Below, piece by piece: positions 14,501-29,244 of a stretch of 64,000 bases of DNA (its first letter is position 1; each line of letters opens with the position of its first letter). The notes under the pieces are model-generated. The model did not search any database. It saw only the letters and a program-made list of their open reading frames with translations, and was not told where the DNA came from. The position numbers and the translations under genes were made by a program. This stretch comes from Gordius albopunctatus (lineage: Eukaryota), in assembly GCA_964276515.1 (NCBI GenBank), contig OZ193910.1, positions 7,192,001 through 7,256,000 of the forward strand. Reading direction: 5' to 3'.

Positions 14501-17500
14501 AAATTTATCAGAATTAGAGAACTATTACTTTGAAATCATCCTCGCATAGAGCATGTTTCAAAAATTAAGCACTCACGTTGCGATACAACAAACTAATCGC
14601 AACAATATAACGTTGACTTTTCTCAAAATGATTGTTCTCGCAACTTTAAACTTCTTATAAGGAGTCGATCGAGAATAATAGGATTCTCAAATGAGCTTAC
14701 TTTTAAATATTTTTTCAAGCTCTTTTACATAAAATAACAAAAATTATATTTTTTTAGCTCCGAATAATTCACAATTTTTTCCTTTCAAATCATATTCATC
14801 CGATGAAAGTTGTTATTTTCAGACGTGATTTCCATGATAAAAAGTTAAAATTTATCAGAATTAGAGAACTATTACTTTGAAATCATCATCGCATAGAGCA
14901 TTTTTCAAAAATTAAGGACTCACGTTGCGATACAACAAACTAATCACAACAATATAACGTTGTCTTTTCTCAAAATGATTGTTCTCGCAGCTTAAAACTT
15001 CTAATAAGGAGTCGATCGAGAATAATAGGATTCTCAAATGAGCTTACTTTTATATATTTTATCAAGCTCTTTTACATAAAATAATAAAAAATATATTATT
15101 TAGCTCCGAATAACTCACAATTTTTTCCTTTCAAATCATATTCATCCGATGAAAGTTGTTATTTTCAGACGTGATTTCCATGATAAAAAGTTAAAATTTA
15201 TCAGAATTAGAGAACTATTACTTTGAAATCATCATCGCATAGAGAATGTTTCAAAAATTAAGCACTCACCTTGCGATACAACAAACTAATCGCAACAATA
15301 TAACGTTGACTTTTCTCAAAATGATTGTTCTCGCAACTTTAAACTTCTTATAAGGAGTCGATCGAGAATAATAGGATTCTCAAATGAGCTTACTTTTATA
15401 TATTTTATCAAGCTCTTTTACATAAAATAACAAAAATTATATTTTTTTAGCTCCGAATAATTCACAATTTTTTCCTTTCAAATCATATTCATCCGATGAA
15501 AGTTGTTATTTTCAGACGTGATTTCCATGATAAAAAGTTAAAATTTATCAGAATTAGAGAACTATTACTTTGAAATCATCATCGCATAGAGAATGTTTCA
15601 AAAATTAAGCACTCACCTTGCGATACAACAAACTAATCGCAACAATATAACGTTGACTTTTCTCAAAATGATTGTTCTCGCAACTTTAAACTTCTTATAA
15701 GGAGTCGATCGAGAATAATAGGATTCTCAAATTAGCTTATTTTTATATATTTTTTCAAGCTCTTTTACATAAAATAACAAAAATTATATTTTTTTAGCTC
15801 CGAATAATTCACAATTTTTTCCTTTCAAATCATATTCATCCGATGAAGGTTGTTATTTTCCGACCTGATTTCCATGATAAAAAGTTAAAATTTATCAGAA
15901 TTAGAGAACTATTACTTTGAAATCATCCTCGCATAGAGCATGTTTCAAAAATTAAGCACTCACGTTGCGATACAACAAACTAATCGCAACAATATAACGT
16001 TGACTTTTCTCAAAATGATTGTTCTCGCAACTTTAAACTTCTTATAAGGAGTCGATCGAGAATAATAGGATTCTCAAATTAGCTTATTTTTATATATTTT
16101 ATCAAGCTCTTTTATATAAAATAATAAAAAATATATTATTTAGCTCCGAATAACTCACAATTTTTTCCATTCAACCATATTCATCCAATGAAAGTTTTAT
16201 TTTCCGACCTGATTTCCATGATAAAAAGTTAAAATTTATCAGAATTAGAGAACTATTACTTTGAAATCATCCTCGCATAGAGCATGTTTCAAAAATTAAG
16301 CACTCACGTTGCGATACAACAAACTAATCGCAACAATATAACGTTGACTTTTCTCAAAATGATTGTTCTCGCAACTTTAAACTTCTTATAAGGAGTCGAT
16401 CGAGAATAATAGGATTCTCAAATGAGCTTACTTTTAAATATTTTATCAAGCTCTTTTATATAAAATAATAAAAAATATATTATTTAGCTCCGAATAACTC
16501 ACAATTTTTTCCTTTCAAATCATATTCATCCGATGAAAGTTGTTATTTTCAGACGTGATTTCCATGATAAAAAGTTAAAATTTATCAGAATTAGAGAACT
16601 ATTACTTTGAAATCATCATCGCATAGAGAATGTTTCAAAAATTAAGCACTCACCTTGCGATACAACAAACTAATCGCAACAATATAACGTTGACTTTTCT
16701 CAAAATGATTGTTCTCGCAACTTTAAACTTCTTATAAGGAGTCGATCGAGAATAATAGGATTCTCAAATGAGCTTACTTTTATATATTTTATCAAGCTCT
16801 TTTACATAAAATAACAAAAATTATATTTTTTTAGCTCCGAATAATTCACAATTTTTTCCTTTCAAATCATATTCATCCGATGAAAGTTGTTATTTTCAGA
16901 CGTGATTTCCATGATAAAAAGTTAAAATTTATCAGAATTAGAGAACTATTACTTTGAAATCATCCTCGCATAGAGCATGTTTCAAAAATTAAGCACTCAC
17001 CTTGCGATACAACAAACTAATCGCAACAATATAACGTTGACTTTTCTCAAAATGATTGTTCTCGCAACTTTAAACTTCTTATAAGGAGTCGATCGAGAAT
17101 AATAGGATTCTCAAATTAGCTTATTTTTATATATTTTATCAAGCTCTTTTATATAAAATAATAAAAAATATATTATTTAGCTCCGAATAACTCACAATTT
17201 TTTCCATTCAACCATATTCATCCAATGAAAGTTTTATTTTCCGACCTGATTTCCATGATAAAAAGTTAAAATTTATCAGAATTAGAGAACTATTACTTTG
17301 AAATCATCCTCGCATAGAGCATGTTTCAAAAATTAAGCACTCACGTTGCGATACAACAAACTAATCACAACAATATAACGTTGTCTTTTCTCAAAATGAT
17401 TGTTCTCGCAGCTTAAAACTTCTAATAAGGAGTCGATCGAGAATAATAGGATACTCAAATGAGCTTACTTTTATATATTTTATCAAGCTCTTTTACATAA

Positions 17501-20500
17501 AATAATAAAAAATATATTATTTAGCTCCGAATAACTCACAATTTTTTCCTTTCAAATCATATTCATCCGATGAAAGTTGTTATTTTCAGACGTGATTTCC
17601 ATGATAAAAAGTTAAAATTTATCAGAATTAGAGAACTATTACTTTGAAATCATCATCGCATAGAGAATGTTTCAAAAATTAAGCACTCACCTTGCGATAC
17701 AACAAACTAATCGCAACAATATAACGTTGACTTTTCTCAAAATGATTGTTCTCGCAACTTTAAACTTCTTATAAGGAGTCGATCGAGAATAATAGGATTC
17801 TCAAATGAGCTTACTTTTATATATTTTATCAAGCTCTTTTACATAAAATAACAAAAATTATATTTTTTTAGCTCCGAATAATTCACAATTTTTTCCTTTC
17901 AAATCATATTCATCCGATGAAAGTTGTTATTTTCAGACGTGATTTCCATGATAAAAAGTTAAAATTTATCAGAATTAGAGAACTATTACTTTGAAATCAT
18001 CCTCGCATAGAGCATGTTTCAAAAATTAAGCACTCACCTTGCGATACAACAAACTAATCGCAACAATATAACGTTGACTTTTCTCAAAATGATTGTTCTC
18101 GCAACTTTAAACTTCTTATAAGGAGTCGATCGAGAATAATAGGATTCTCAAATTAGCTTATTTTTATATATTTTATCAAGCTCTTTTATATAAAATAATA
18201 AAAAATATATTATTTAGCTCCGAATAACTCACAATTTTTTCCATTCAACCATATTCATCCAATGAAAGTTTTATTTTCCGACCTGATTTCCATGATAAAA
18301 AGTTAAAATTTATCAGAATTAGAGAACTATTACTTTGAAATCATCCTCGCATAGAGCATGTTTCAAAAATTAAGCACTCACGTTGCGATACAACAAACTA
18401 ATCGCAACAATATAACGTTGACTTTTCTCAAAATGATTGTTCTCGCAACTTTAAACTTCTTATAAGGAGTCGATCGAGAATAATAGGATTCTCAAATTAG
18501 CTTATTTTTATATATTTTATCAAGCTCTTTTATATAAAATAATAAAAAATATATTATTTAGCTCCGAATAACTCACAATTTTTTCCATTCAACCATATTC
18601 ATCCAATGAAAGTTTTATTTTCCGACCTGATTTCCATGATAAAAAGTTAAAATTTATCAGAATTAGAGAACTATTACTTTGAAATCATCCTCGCATAGAG
18701 CATGTTTCAAAAATTAAGCACTCACGTTGCGATACAACAAACTAATCGCAACAATATAACGTTGACTTTTCTCAAAATGATTGTTCTCGCAACTTTAAAC
18801 TTCTTATAAGGAGTCGATCGAGAATAATAGGATTCTCAAATGAGCTTACTTTTAAATATTTTATCAAGCTCTTTTATATAAAATAATAAAAAATATATTA
18901 TTTAGCTCCGTATAACTCACAATTTTTTCCATTCAACCATATTCATCCAATGAAAGTTTTATTTTCAGACGTGATTTCCATGATAAAAAGTTAAAATTTA
19001 TCAGAATTAGAGAACTATTACTTTGAAATCATCCTCGCATAGAGCATGTTTCAAAAATTAAGCACTCACGTTGCGATACAACAAACTAATCGCAACAATA
19101 TAACGTTGACTTTTCTCAAAATGATTGTTCTCGCAACTTTAAACTTCTTATAAGGAGTCGATCGAGAATAATAGGATTCTCAAATGAGCTTACTTTTAAA
19201 TATTTTTTCAAGCTCTTTTACATAAAATAACAAAAATTATATTTTTTTAGCTCCGAATAATTCACAATTTTTTCCTTTCAAATCATATTCATCCGATGAA
19301 GGTTGTTATTTTCAGACGTGATTTCCATGATAAAAAGTTAAAATTTATCAGAATTAGAGAACTATTACTTTGAAATCATCATCGCATAGAGAATGTTTCA
19401 AAAATTAAGCACTCACCTTGCGATACAACAAACTAATCGCAACAATATAACGTTGACTTTTCTCAAAATGATTGTTCTCGCAACTTTAAACTTCTTATAA
19501 GGAGTCGATCGAGAATAATAGGATTCTCAAATTAGCTTATTTTTATATATTTTATCAAGCTCTTTTATATAAAATAATAAAAAATATATTATTTAGCTCC
19601 GAATAACTCACAATTTTTTCCATTCAACCATATTCATCCAATGAAAGTTTTATTTTCCGACCTGATTTCCATGATAAAAAGTTAAAATTTATCAGAATTA
19701 GAGAACTATTACTTTGAAATCATCCTCGCATAGAGCATGTTTCAAAAATTAAGCACTCACGTTGCGATACAACAAACTAATCGCAACAATATAACGTTGA
19801 CTTTTCTCAAAATGATTGTTCTCGCAACTTTAAACTTCTTATAAGGAGTCGATCGAGAATAATAGGATTCTCAAATGAGCTTACTTTTAAATATTTTTTC
19901 AAGCTCTTTTACATAAAATAACAAAAATTATATTTTTTTAGCTCCGAATAATTCACAATTTTTTCCTTTCAAATCATATTCATCCGATGAAAGTTGTTAT
20001 TTTCAGACGTGATTTCCATGATAAAAAGTTAAAATTTATCAGAATTAGAGAACTATTACTTTGAAATCATCATCGCATAGAGCATTTTTCAAAAATTAAG
20101 GACTCACGTTGCGATACAACAAACTAATCACAACAATATAACGTTGCCTTTTCTCAAAATGATTGTTCTCGCAGCTTAAAACTTCTAATAAGGAGTCGAT
20201 CGAGAATAATAGGATTCTCAAATGAGCTTACTTTTATATATTTTATCAAGCTCTTTTACATAAAATAATAAAAAATATATTATTTAGCTCCGAATAACTC
20301 ACAATTTTTTCCTTTCAAATCATATTCATCCGATGAAAGTTGTTATTTTCAGACGTGATTTCCATGATAAAAAGTTAAAATTTATCAGAATTAGAGAACT
20401 ATTACTTTGAAATCATCCTCGCATAGAGCATGTTTCAAAAATTAAGCACTCACGTTGCGATACAACAAACTAATCGCAACAATATAACGTTGACTTTTCT

Positions 20501-23500
20501 CAAAATGATTGTTCTCGCAACTTTAAACTTCTTATAAGGAGTCGATCGAGAATAATAGGATTCTCAAATGAGCTTACTTTTAAATATTTTTTCAAGCTCT
20601 TTTACATAAAATAACAAAAATTATATTTTTTTAGCTCCGAATAATTCACAATTTTTTCCTTTCAAATCATATTCATCCGATGAAGGTTGTTATTTTCAGA
20701 CGTGATTTCCATGATAAAAAGTTAAAATTTATCAGAATTAGAGAACTATTACTTTGAAATCATCATCGCATAGAGAATGTTTCAAAAATTAAGCACTCAC
20801 CTTGCGATACAACAAACTAATCGCAACAATATAACGTTGACTTTTCTCAAAATGATTGTTCTCGCAACTTTAAACTTCTTATAAGGAGTCGATCGAGAAT
20901 AATAGGATTCTCAAATTAGCTTATTTTTATATATTTTATCAAGCTCTTTTATATAAAATAATAAAAAATATATTATTTAGCTCCGAATAACTCACAATTT
21001 TTTCCATTCAACCATATTCATCCAATGAAAGTTTTATTTTCCGACCTGATTTCCATGATAAAAAGTTAAAATTTATCAGAATTAGAGAACTATTACTTTG
21101 AAATCATCCTCGCATAGAGCATGTTTCAAAAATTAAGCACTCACGTTGCGATACAACAAACTAATCGCAACAATATAACGTTGACTTTTCTCAAAATGAT
21201 TGTTCTCGCAACTTTAAACTTCTTATAAGGAGTCGATCGAGAATAATAGGATTCTCAAATGAGCTTACTTTTAAATATTTTTTCAAGCTCTTTTACATAA
21301 AATAACAAAAATTATATTTTTTTAGCTCCGAATAATTCACAATTTTTTCCTTTCAAATCATATTCATCCGATGAAAGTTGTTATTTTCAGACGTGATTTC
21401 CATGATAAAAAGTTAAAATTTATCAGAATTAGAGAACTATTACTTTGAAATCATCATCGCATAGAGCATTTTTCAAAAATTAAGGACTCACGTTGCGATA
21501 CAACAAACTAATCACAACAATATAACGTTGTCTTTTCTCAAAATGATTGTTCTCGCAGCTTAAAACTTCTAATAAGGAGTCGATCGAGAATAATAGGATT
21601 CTCAAATGAGCTTACTTTTATATATTTTATCAAGCTCTTTTACATAAAATAATAAAAAATATATTATTTAGCTCCGAATAACTCACAATTTTTTCCTTTC
21701 AAATCATATTCATCCGATGAAAGTTGTTATTTTCAGACGTGATTTCCATGATAAAAAGTTAAAATTTATCAGAATTAGAGAACTATTACTTTGAAATCAT
21801 CATCGCATAGAGAATGTTTCAAAAATTAAGCACTCACCTTGCGATACAACAAACTAATCGCAACAATATAACGTTGACTTTTCTCAAAATGATTGTTCTC
21901 GCAACTTTAAACTTCTTATAAGGAGTCGATCGAGAATAATAGGATTCTCAAATTAGCTTATTTTTATATATTTTATCAAGCTCTTTTATATAAAATAATA
22001 AAAAATATATTATTTAGCTCCGTATAACTCACAATTTTTTCCATTCAACCATATTCATCCAATGAAAGTTTTATTTTCAGACGTGATTTCCATGATAAAA
22101 AGTTAAAATTTATCAGAATTAGAGAACTATTACTTTGAAATCATCCTCGCATAGAGCATGTTTCAAAAATTAAGCACTCACGTTGCGATACAACAAACTA
22201 ATCGCAACAATATAACGTTGACTTTTCTCAAAATGATTGTTCTCGCAACTTTAAACTTCTTATAAGGAGTCGATCGAGAATAATAGGATTCTCAAATGAG
22301 CTTACTTTTAAATATTTTTTCAAGCTCTTTTACATAAAATAACAAAAATTATATTTTTTTAGCTCCGAATAATTCACAATTTTTTCCTTTCAAATCATAT
22401 TCATCCGATGAAGGTTGTTATTTTCAGACGTGATTTCCATGATAAAAAGTTAAAATTTATCAGAATTAGAGAACTATTACTTTGAAATCATCATCGCATA
22501 GAGAATGTTTCAAAAATTAAGCACTCACCTTGCGATACAACAAACTAATCGCAACAATATAACGTTGACTTTTCTCAAAATGATTGTTCTCGCAACTTTA
22601 AACTTCTTATAAGGAGTCGATCGAGAATAATAGGATTCTCAAATTAGCTTATTTTTATATATTTTATCAAGCTCTTTTATATAAAATAATAAAAAATATA
22701 TTATTTAGCTCCGAATAACTCACAATTTTTTCCATTCAACCATATTCATCCAATGAAAGTTTTATTTTCCGACCTGATTTCCATGATAAAAAGTTAAAAT
22801 TTATCAGAATTAGAGAACTATTACTTTGAAATCATCCTCGCATAGAGCATGTTTCAAAAATTAAGCACTCACGTTGCGATACAACAAACTAATCGCAACA
22901 ATATAACGTTGACTTTTCTCAAAATGATTGTTCTCGCAACTTTAAACTTCTAATAAGGAGTCGATCGAGAATAATAGGATTCTCAAATGAGCTTACTTTT
23001 ATATATTTTATCAAGCTCTTTTACATAAAATAATAAAAAATATATTATTTAGCTCCGAATAACTCACAATTTTTTCCTTTCAAATCATATTCATCCGATG
23101 AAAGTTGTTATTTTCAGACGTGATTTCCATGATAAAAAGTTAAAATTTATCAGAATTAGAGAACTATTACTTTGAAATCATCATCGCATAGAGAATGTTT
23201 CAAAAATTAAGCACTCACCTTGACCTTGCGATACAACAAACTAATCGCAACAATATAACGTTGACTTTTCTCAAAATGATTGTTCTCGCAACTTTAAACT
23301 TCTTATAAGGAGTCGATCGAGAATAATAGGATTCTCAAATGAGCTTACTTTTATATATTTTATCAAGCTCTTTTACATAAAATAACAAAAATTATATTTT
23401 TTTAGCTCCGAATAATTCACAATTTTTTCCTTTCAAATCATATTCATCCGATGAAAGTTGTTATTTTCAGACGTGATTTCCATGATAAAAAGTTAAAATT

Positions 23501-26500
23501 TATCAGAATTAGAGAACTATTACTTTGAAATCATCATCGCATAGAGAATGTTTCAAAAATTAAGCACTCACCTTGCGATACAACAAACTAATCGCAACAA
23601 TATAACGTTGACTTTTCTCAAAATGATTGTTCTCGCAACTTTAAACTTCTTATAAGGAGTCGATCGAGAATAATAGGATTCTCAAATTAGCTTATTTTTA
23701 TATATTTTTTCAAGCTCTTTTACATAAAATAACAAAAATTATATTTTTTTAGCTCCGAATAATTCACAATTTTTTCCTTTCAAATCATATTCATCCGATG
23801 AAGGTTGTTATTTTCAGACGTGATTTCCATGATAAAAAGTTAAAATTTATCAGAATTAGAGAACTATTACTTTGAAATCATCCTCGCATAGAGCATGTTT
23901 CAAAAATTAAGCACTCACGTTGCGATACAACAAACTAATCGCAACAATATAACGTTGACTTTTCTCAAAATGATTGTTCTCGCAACTTTAAACTTCTTAT
24001 AAGGAGTCGATCGAGAATAATAGGATTCTCAAATGAGCTTACTTTTAAATATTTTTTCAAGCTCTTTTACATAAAATAACAAAAATTATATTTTTTTAGC
24101 TCCGAATAATTCACAATTTTTTCCTTTCAAATCATATTCATCCGATGAAGGTTGTTATTTTCAGACGTGATTTCCATGATAAAAAGTTAAAATTTATCAG
24201 AATTAGAGAACTATTACTTTGAAATCATCATCGCATAGAGAATGTTTCAAAAATTAAGCACTCACCTTGCGATACAACAAACTAATCGCAACAATATAAC
24301 GTTGACTTTTCTCAAAATGATTGTTCTCGCAACTTTAAACTTCTTATAAGGAGTCGATCGAGAATAATAGGATTCTCAAATTAGCTTATTTTTATATATT
24401 TTATCAAGCTCTTTTATATAAAATAATAAAAAATATATTATTTAGCTCCGAATAACTCACAATTTTTTCCATTCAACCATATTCATCCAATGAAAGTTTT
24501 ATTTTCCGACCTGATTTCCATGATAAAAAGTTAAAATTTATCAGAATTAGAGAACTATTACTTTGAAATCATCCTCGCATAGAGCATGTTTCAAAAATTA
24601 AGCACTCACGTTGCGATACAACAAACTAATCGCAACAATATAACGTTGACTTTTCTCAAAATGATTGTTCTCGCAACTTTAAACTTCTTATAAGGAGTCG
24701 ATCGAGAATAATAGGATTCTCAAATGAGCTTACTTTTAAATATTTTTTCAAGCTCTTTTACATAAAATAACAAAAATTATATTTTTTTAGCTCCGAATAA
24801 TTCACAATTTTTTCCTTTCAAATCATATTCATCCGATGAAAGTTGTTATTTTCAGACGTGATTTCCATGATAAAAAGTTAAAATTTATCAGAATTAGAGA
24901 ACTATTACTTTGAAATCATCATCGCATAGAGCATTTTTCAAAAATTAAGGACTCACGTTGCGATACAACAAACTAATCACAACAATATAACGTTGTCTTT
25001 TCTCAAAATGATTGTTCTCGCAGCTTAAAACTTCTAATAAGGAGTCGATCGAGAATAATAGGATTCTCAAATGAGCTTACTTTTATATATTTTATCAAGC
25101 TCTTTTACATAAAATAATAAAAAATATATTATTTAGCTCCGAATAACTCACAATTTTTTCCTTTCAAATCATATTCATCCGATGAAAGTTGTTATTTTCA
25201 GACGTGATTTCCATGATAAAAAGTTAAAATTTATCAGAATTAGAGAACTATTACTTTGAAATCATCATCGCATAGAGAATGTTTCAAAAATTAAGCACTC
25301 ACCTTGCGATACAACAAACTAATCGCAACAATATAACGTTGACTTTTCTCAAAATGATTGTTCTCGCAACTTTAAACTTCTTATAAGGAGTCGATCGAGA
25401 ATAATAGGATTCTCAAATGAGCTTACTTTTATATATTTTATCAAGCTCTTTTACATAAAATAACAAAAATTATATTTTTTTAGCTCCGAATAATTCACAA
25501 TTTTTTCCTTTCAAATCATATTCATCCGATGAAAGTTGTTATTTTCAGACGTGATTTCCATGATAAAAAGTTAAAATTTATCAGAATTAGAGAACTATTA
25601 CTTTGAAATCATCATCGCATAGAGAATGTTTCAAAAATTAAGCACTCACCTTGCGATACAACAAACTAATCGCAACAATATAACGTTGACTTTTCTCAAA
25701 ATGATTGTTCTCGCAACTTTAAACTTCTTGTAAGGAGTCGATCGAGAATAATAGGATTCTCAAATTAGCTTATTTTTATATATTTTTTCAAGCTCTTTTA
25801 CATAAAATAACAAAAATTATATTTTTTTAGCTCCGAATAATTCACAATTTTTTCCTTTCAAATCATATTCATCCGATGAAGGTTGTTATTTTCAGACGTG
25901 ATTTCCATGATAAAAAGTTAAAATTTATCAGAATTAGAGAACTATTACTTTGAAATCATCATCGCATAGAGAATGTTTCAAAAATTAAGCACTCACCTTG
26001 CGATACAACAAACTAATCGCAACAATATAACGTTGACTTTTCTCAAAATGATTGTTCTCGCAACTTTAAACTTCTTATAAGGAGTCGATCGAGAATAATA
26101 GGATTCTCAAATGAGCTTACTTTTATATATTTTATCAAGCTCTTTTACATAAAATAACAAAAATTATATTTTTTTAGCTCCGAATAATTCACAATTTTTT
26201 CCTTTCAAATCATATTCATCCGATGAAAGTTGTTATTTTCAGACGTGATTTCCATGATAAAAAGTTAAAATTTATCAGAATTAGAGAACTATTACTTTGA
26301 AATCATCATCGCATAGAGAATGTTTCAAAAATTAAGCACTCACGTTGCGATACAACAAACTAATCGCAACAATATAACGTTGACTTTTCTCAAAATGATT
26401 GTTCTCGCAACTTTAAACTTCTTATAAGGAGTCGATCGAGAATAATAGGATTCTCAAATGAGCTTACTTTTAAATATTTTATCAAGCTCTTTTATATAAA

Positions 26501-29244
26501 ATAATAAAAAATATATTATTTAGCTCCGTATAACTCACAATTTTTTCCATTCAACCATATTCATCCAATGAAAGTTTTATTTTCAGACGTGATTTCCATG
26601 ATAAAAAGTTAAAATTTATCAGAATTAGAGAACTATTACTTTGAAATCATCCTCGCATAGAGAATGTTTCAAAAATTAAGCACTCACCTTGCGATACAAC
26701 AAACTAATCGCAACAATATAACGTTGACTTTTCTCAAAATGATTGTTCTCGCAACTTTAAACTTCTTATAAGGAGTCGATCGAGAATAATAGGATTCTCA
26801 AATTAGCTTATTTTTATATATTTTATCAAGCTCTTTTATATAAAATAATAAAAAATATATTATTTAGCTCCGTATAACTCACAATTTTTTCCATTCAACC
26901 ATATTCATCCAATGAAAGTTTTATTTTCAGACGTGATTTCCATGATAAAAAGTTAAAATTTATCAGAATTAGAGAACTATTACTTTGAAATCATCCTCGC
27001 ATAGAGCATGTTTCAAAAATTAAGCACTCACGTTGCGATACAACAAACTAATCGCAACAATATAACGTTGACTTTTCTCAAAATGATTGTTCTCGCAACT
27101 TTAAACTTCTTATAAGGAGTCGATCGAGAATAATAGGATTCTCAAATGAGCTTACTTTTAAATATTTTTTCAAGCTCTTTTACATAAAATAACAAAAATT
27201 ATATTTTTTTAGCTCCGAATAATTCACAATTTTTTCCTTTCAAATCATATTCATCCGATGAAAGTTGTTATTTTCAGACGTGATTTCCATGATAAAAAGT
27301 TAAAATTTATCAGAATTAGAGAACTATTACTTTGAAATCATCATCGCATAGAGAATGTTTCAAAAATTAAGCACTCACCTTGCGATACAACAAACTAATC
27401 GCAACAATATAACGTTGACTTTTCTCAAAATGATTGTTCTCGCAACTTTAAACTTCTTATAAGGAGTCGATCGAGAATAATAGGATTCTCAAATGAGCTT
27501 ACTTTTAAATATTTTATCAAGCTCTTTTATATAAAATAATAAAAAATATATTTTTTTAGCTCCGAATAATTCACAATTTTTTCCTTTCAAATCATATTCA
27601 TCCGATGAAAGTTGTTATTTTCAGACGTGATTTCCATGATAAAAAGTTAAAATTTATCAGAATTAGAGAACTATTACTTTGAAATCATCATCGCATAGAG
27701 CATTTTTCAAAAATTAAGGACTCACGTTGCGATACAACAAACTAATCGCAACAATATAACGTTGACTTTTCTCAAAATGATTGTTCTCGCAACTTTAAAC
27801 TTCTTATAAGGAGTCGATCGAGAATAATAGGATTCTCAAATTAGCTTATTTTTATATATTTTATCAAGCTCTTTTATATAAAATAATAAAAAATATATTA
27901 TTTAGCTCCGAATAACTCACAATTTTTTCCTTTCAAATCATATTCATCCGATGAAGGTTGTTATTTTCAGACGTGATTTCCATGATAAAAAGTTAAAATT
28001 TATCAGAATTAGAGAACTATTACTTTGAAATCATCATCGCATAGAGAATGTTTCAAAAATTAAGCACTCACCTTGCGATACAACAAACTAATCGCAACAA
28101 TATAACGTTGACTTTTCTCAAAATGATTGTTCTCGCAACTTTAAACTTCTTATAAGGAGTCGATCGAGAATAATAGGATTCTCAAATGAGCTTACTTTTA
28201 TATATTTTATCAAGCTCTTTTACATAAAATAACAAAAATTATATTTTTTTAGCTCCGAATAATTCACAATTTTTTCCTTTCAAATCATATTCATCCGATG
28301 AAAGTTGTTATTTTCAGACGTGATTTCCATGATAAAAAGTTAAAATTTATCAGAATTAGAGAACTATTACTTTGAAATCATCATCGCATAGAGAATGTTT
28401 CAAAAATTAAGCACTCACCTTGCGATACAACAAACTAATCGCAACAATATAACGTTGACTTTTCTCAAAATGATTGTTCTCGCAACTTTAAACTTCTTGT
28501 AAGGAGTCGATCGAGAATAATAGGATTCTCAAATGAGCTTACTTTTATATATTTTATCAAGCTCTTTTACATAAAATAACAAAAATTATATTTTTTTAGC
28601 TCCGAATAATTCACAATTTTTTCCTTTCAAATCATATTCATCCGATGAAAGTTGTTATTTTCAGACGTGATTTCCATGATAAAAAGTTAAAATTTATCAG
28701 AATTAGAGAACTATTACTTTGAAATCATCATCGCATAGAGAATGTTTCAAAAATTAAGCACTCACCTTGCGATACAACAAACTAATCGCAACAATATAAC
28801 GTTGACTTTTCTCAAAATGATTGTTCTCGCAACTTTAAACTTCTTATAAGGAGTCGATCGAGAATAATAGGATTCTCAAATTAGCTTATTTTTATATATT
28901 TTTTCAAGCTCTTTTACATAAAATAACAAAAATTATATTTTTTTAGCTCCGAATAATTCACAATTTTTTCCTTTCAAATCATATTCATCCGATGAAGGTT
29001 GTTATTTTCAGACGTGATTTCCATGATAAAAAGTTAAAATTTATCAGAATTAGAGAACTATTACTTTGAAATCATCCTCGCATAGAGCATGTTTCAAAAA
29101 TTAAGCACTCACGTTGCGATACAACAAACTAATCGCAACAATATAACGTTGACTTTTCTCAAAATGATTGTTCTCGCAACTTTAAACTTCTTATAAGGAG
29201 TCGATCGAGAATAATAGGATTCTCAAATGAGCTTACTTTTAAAT

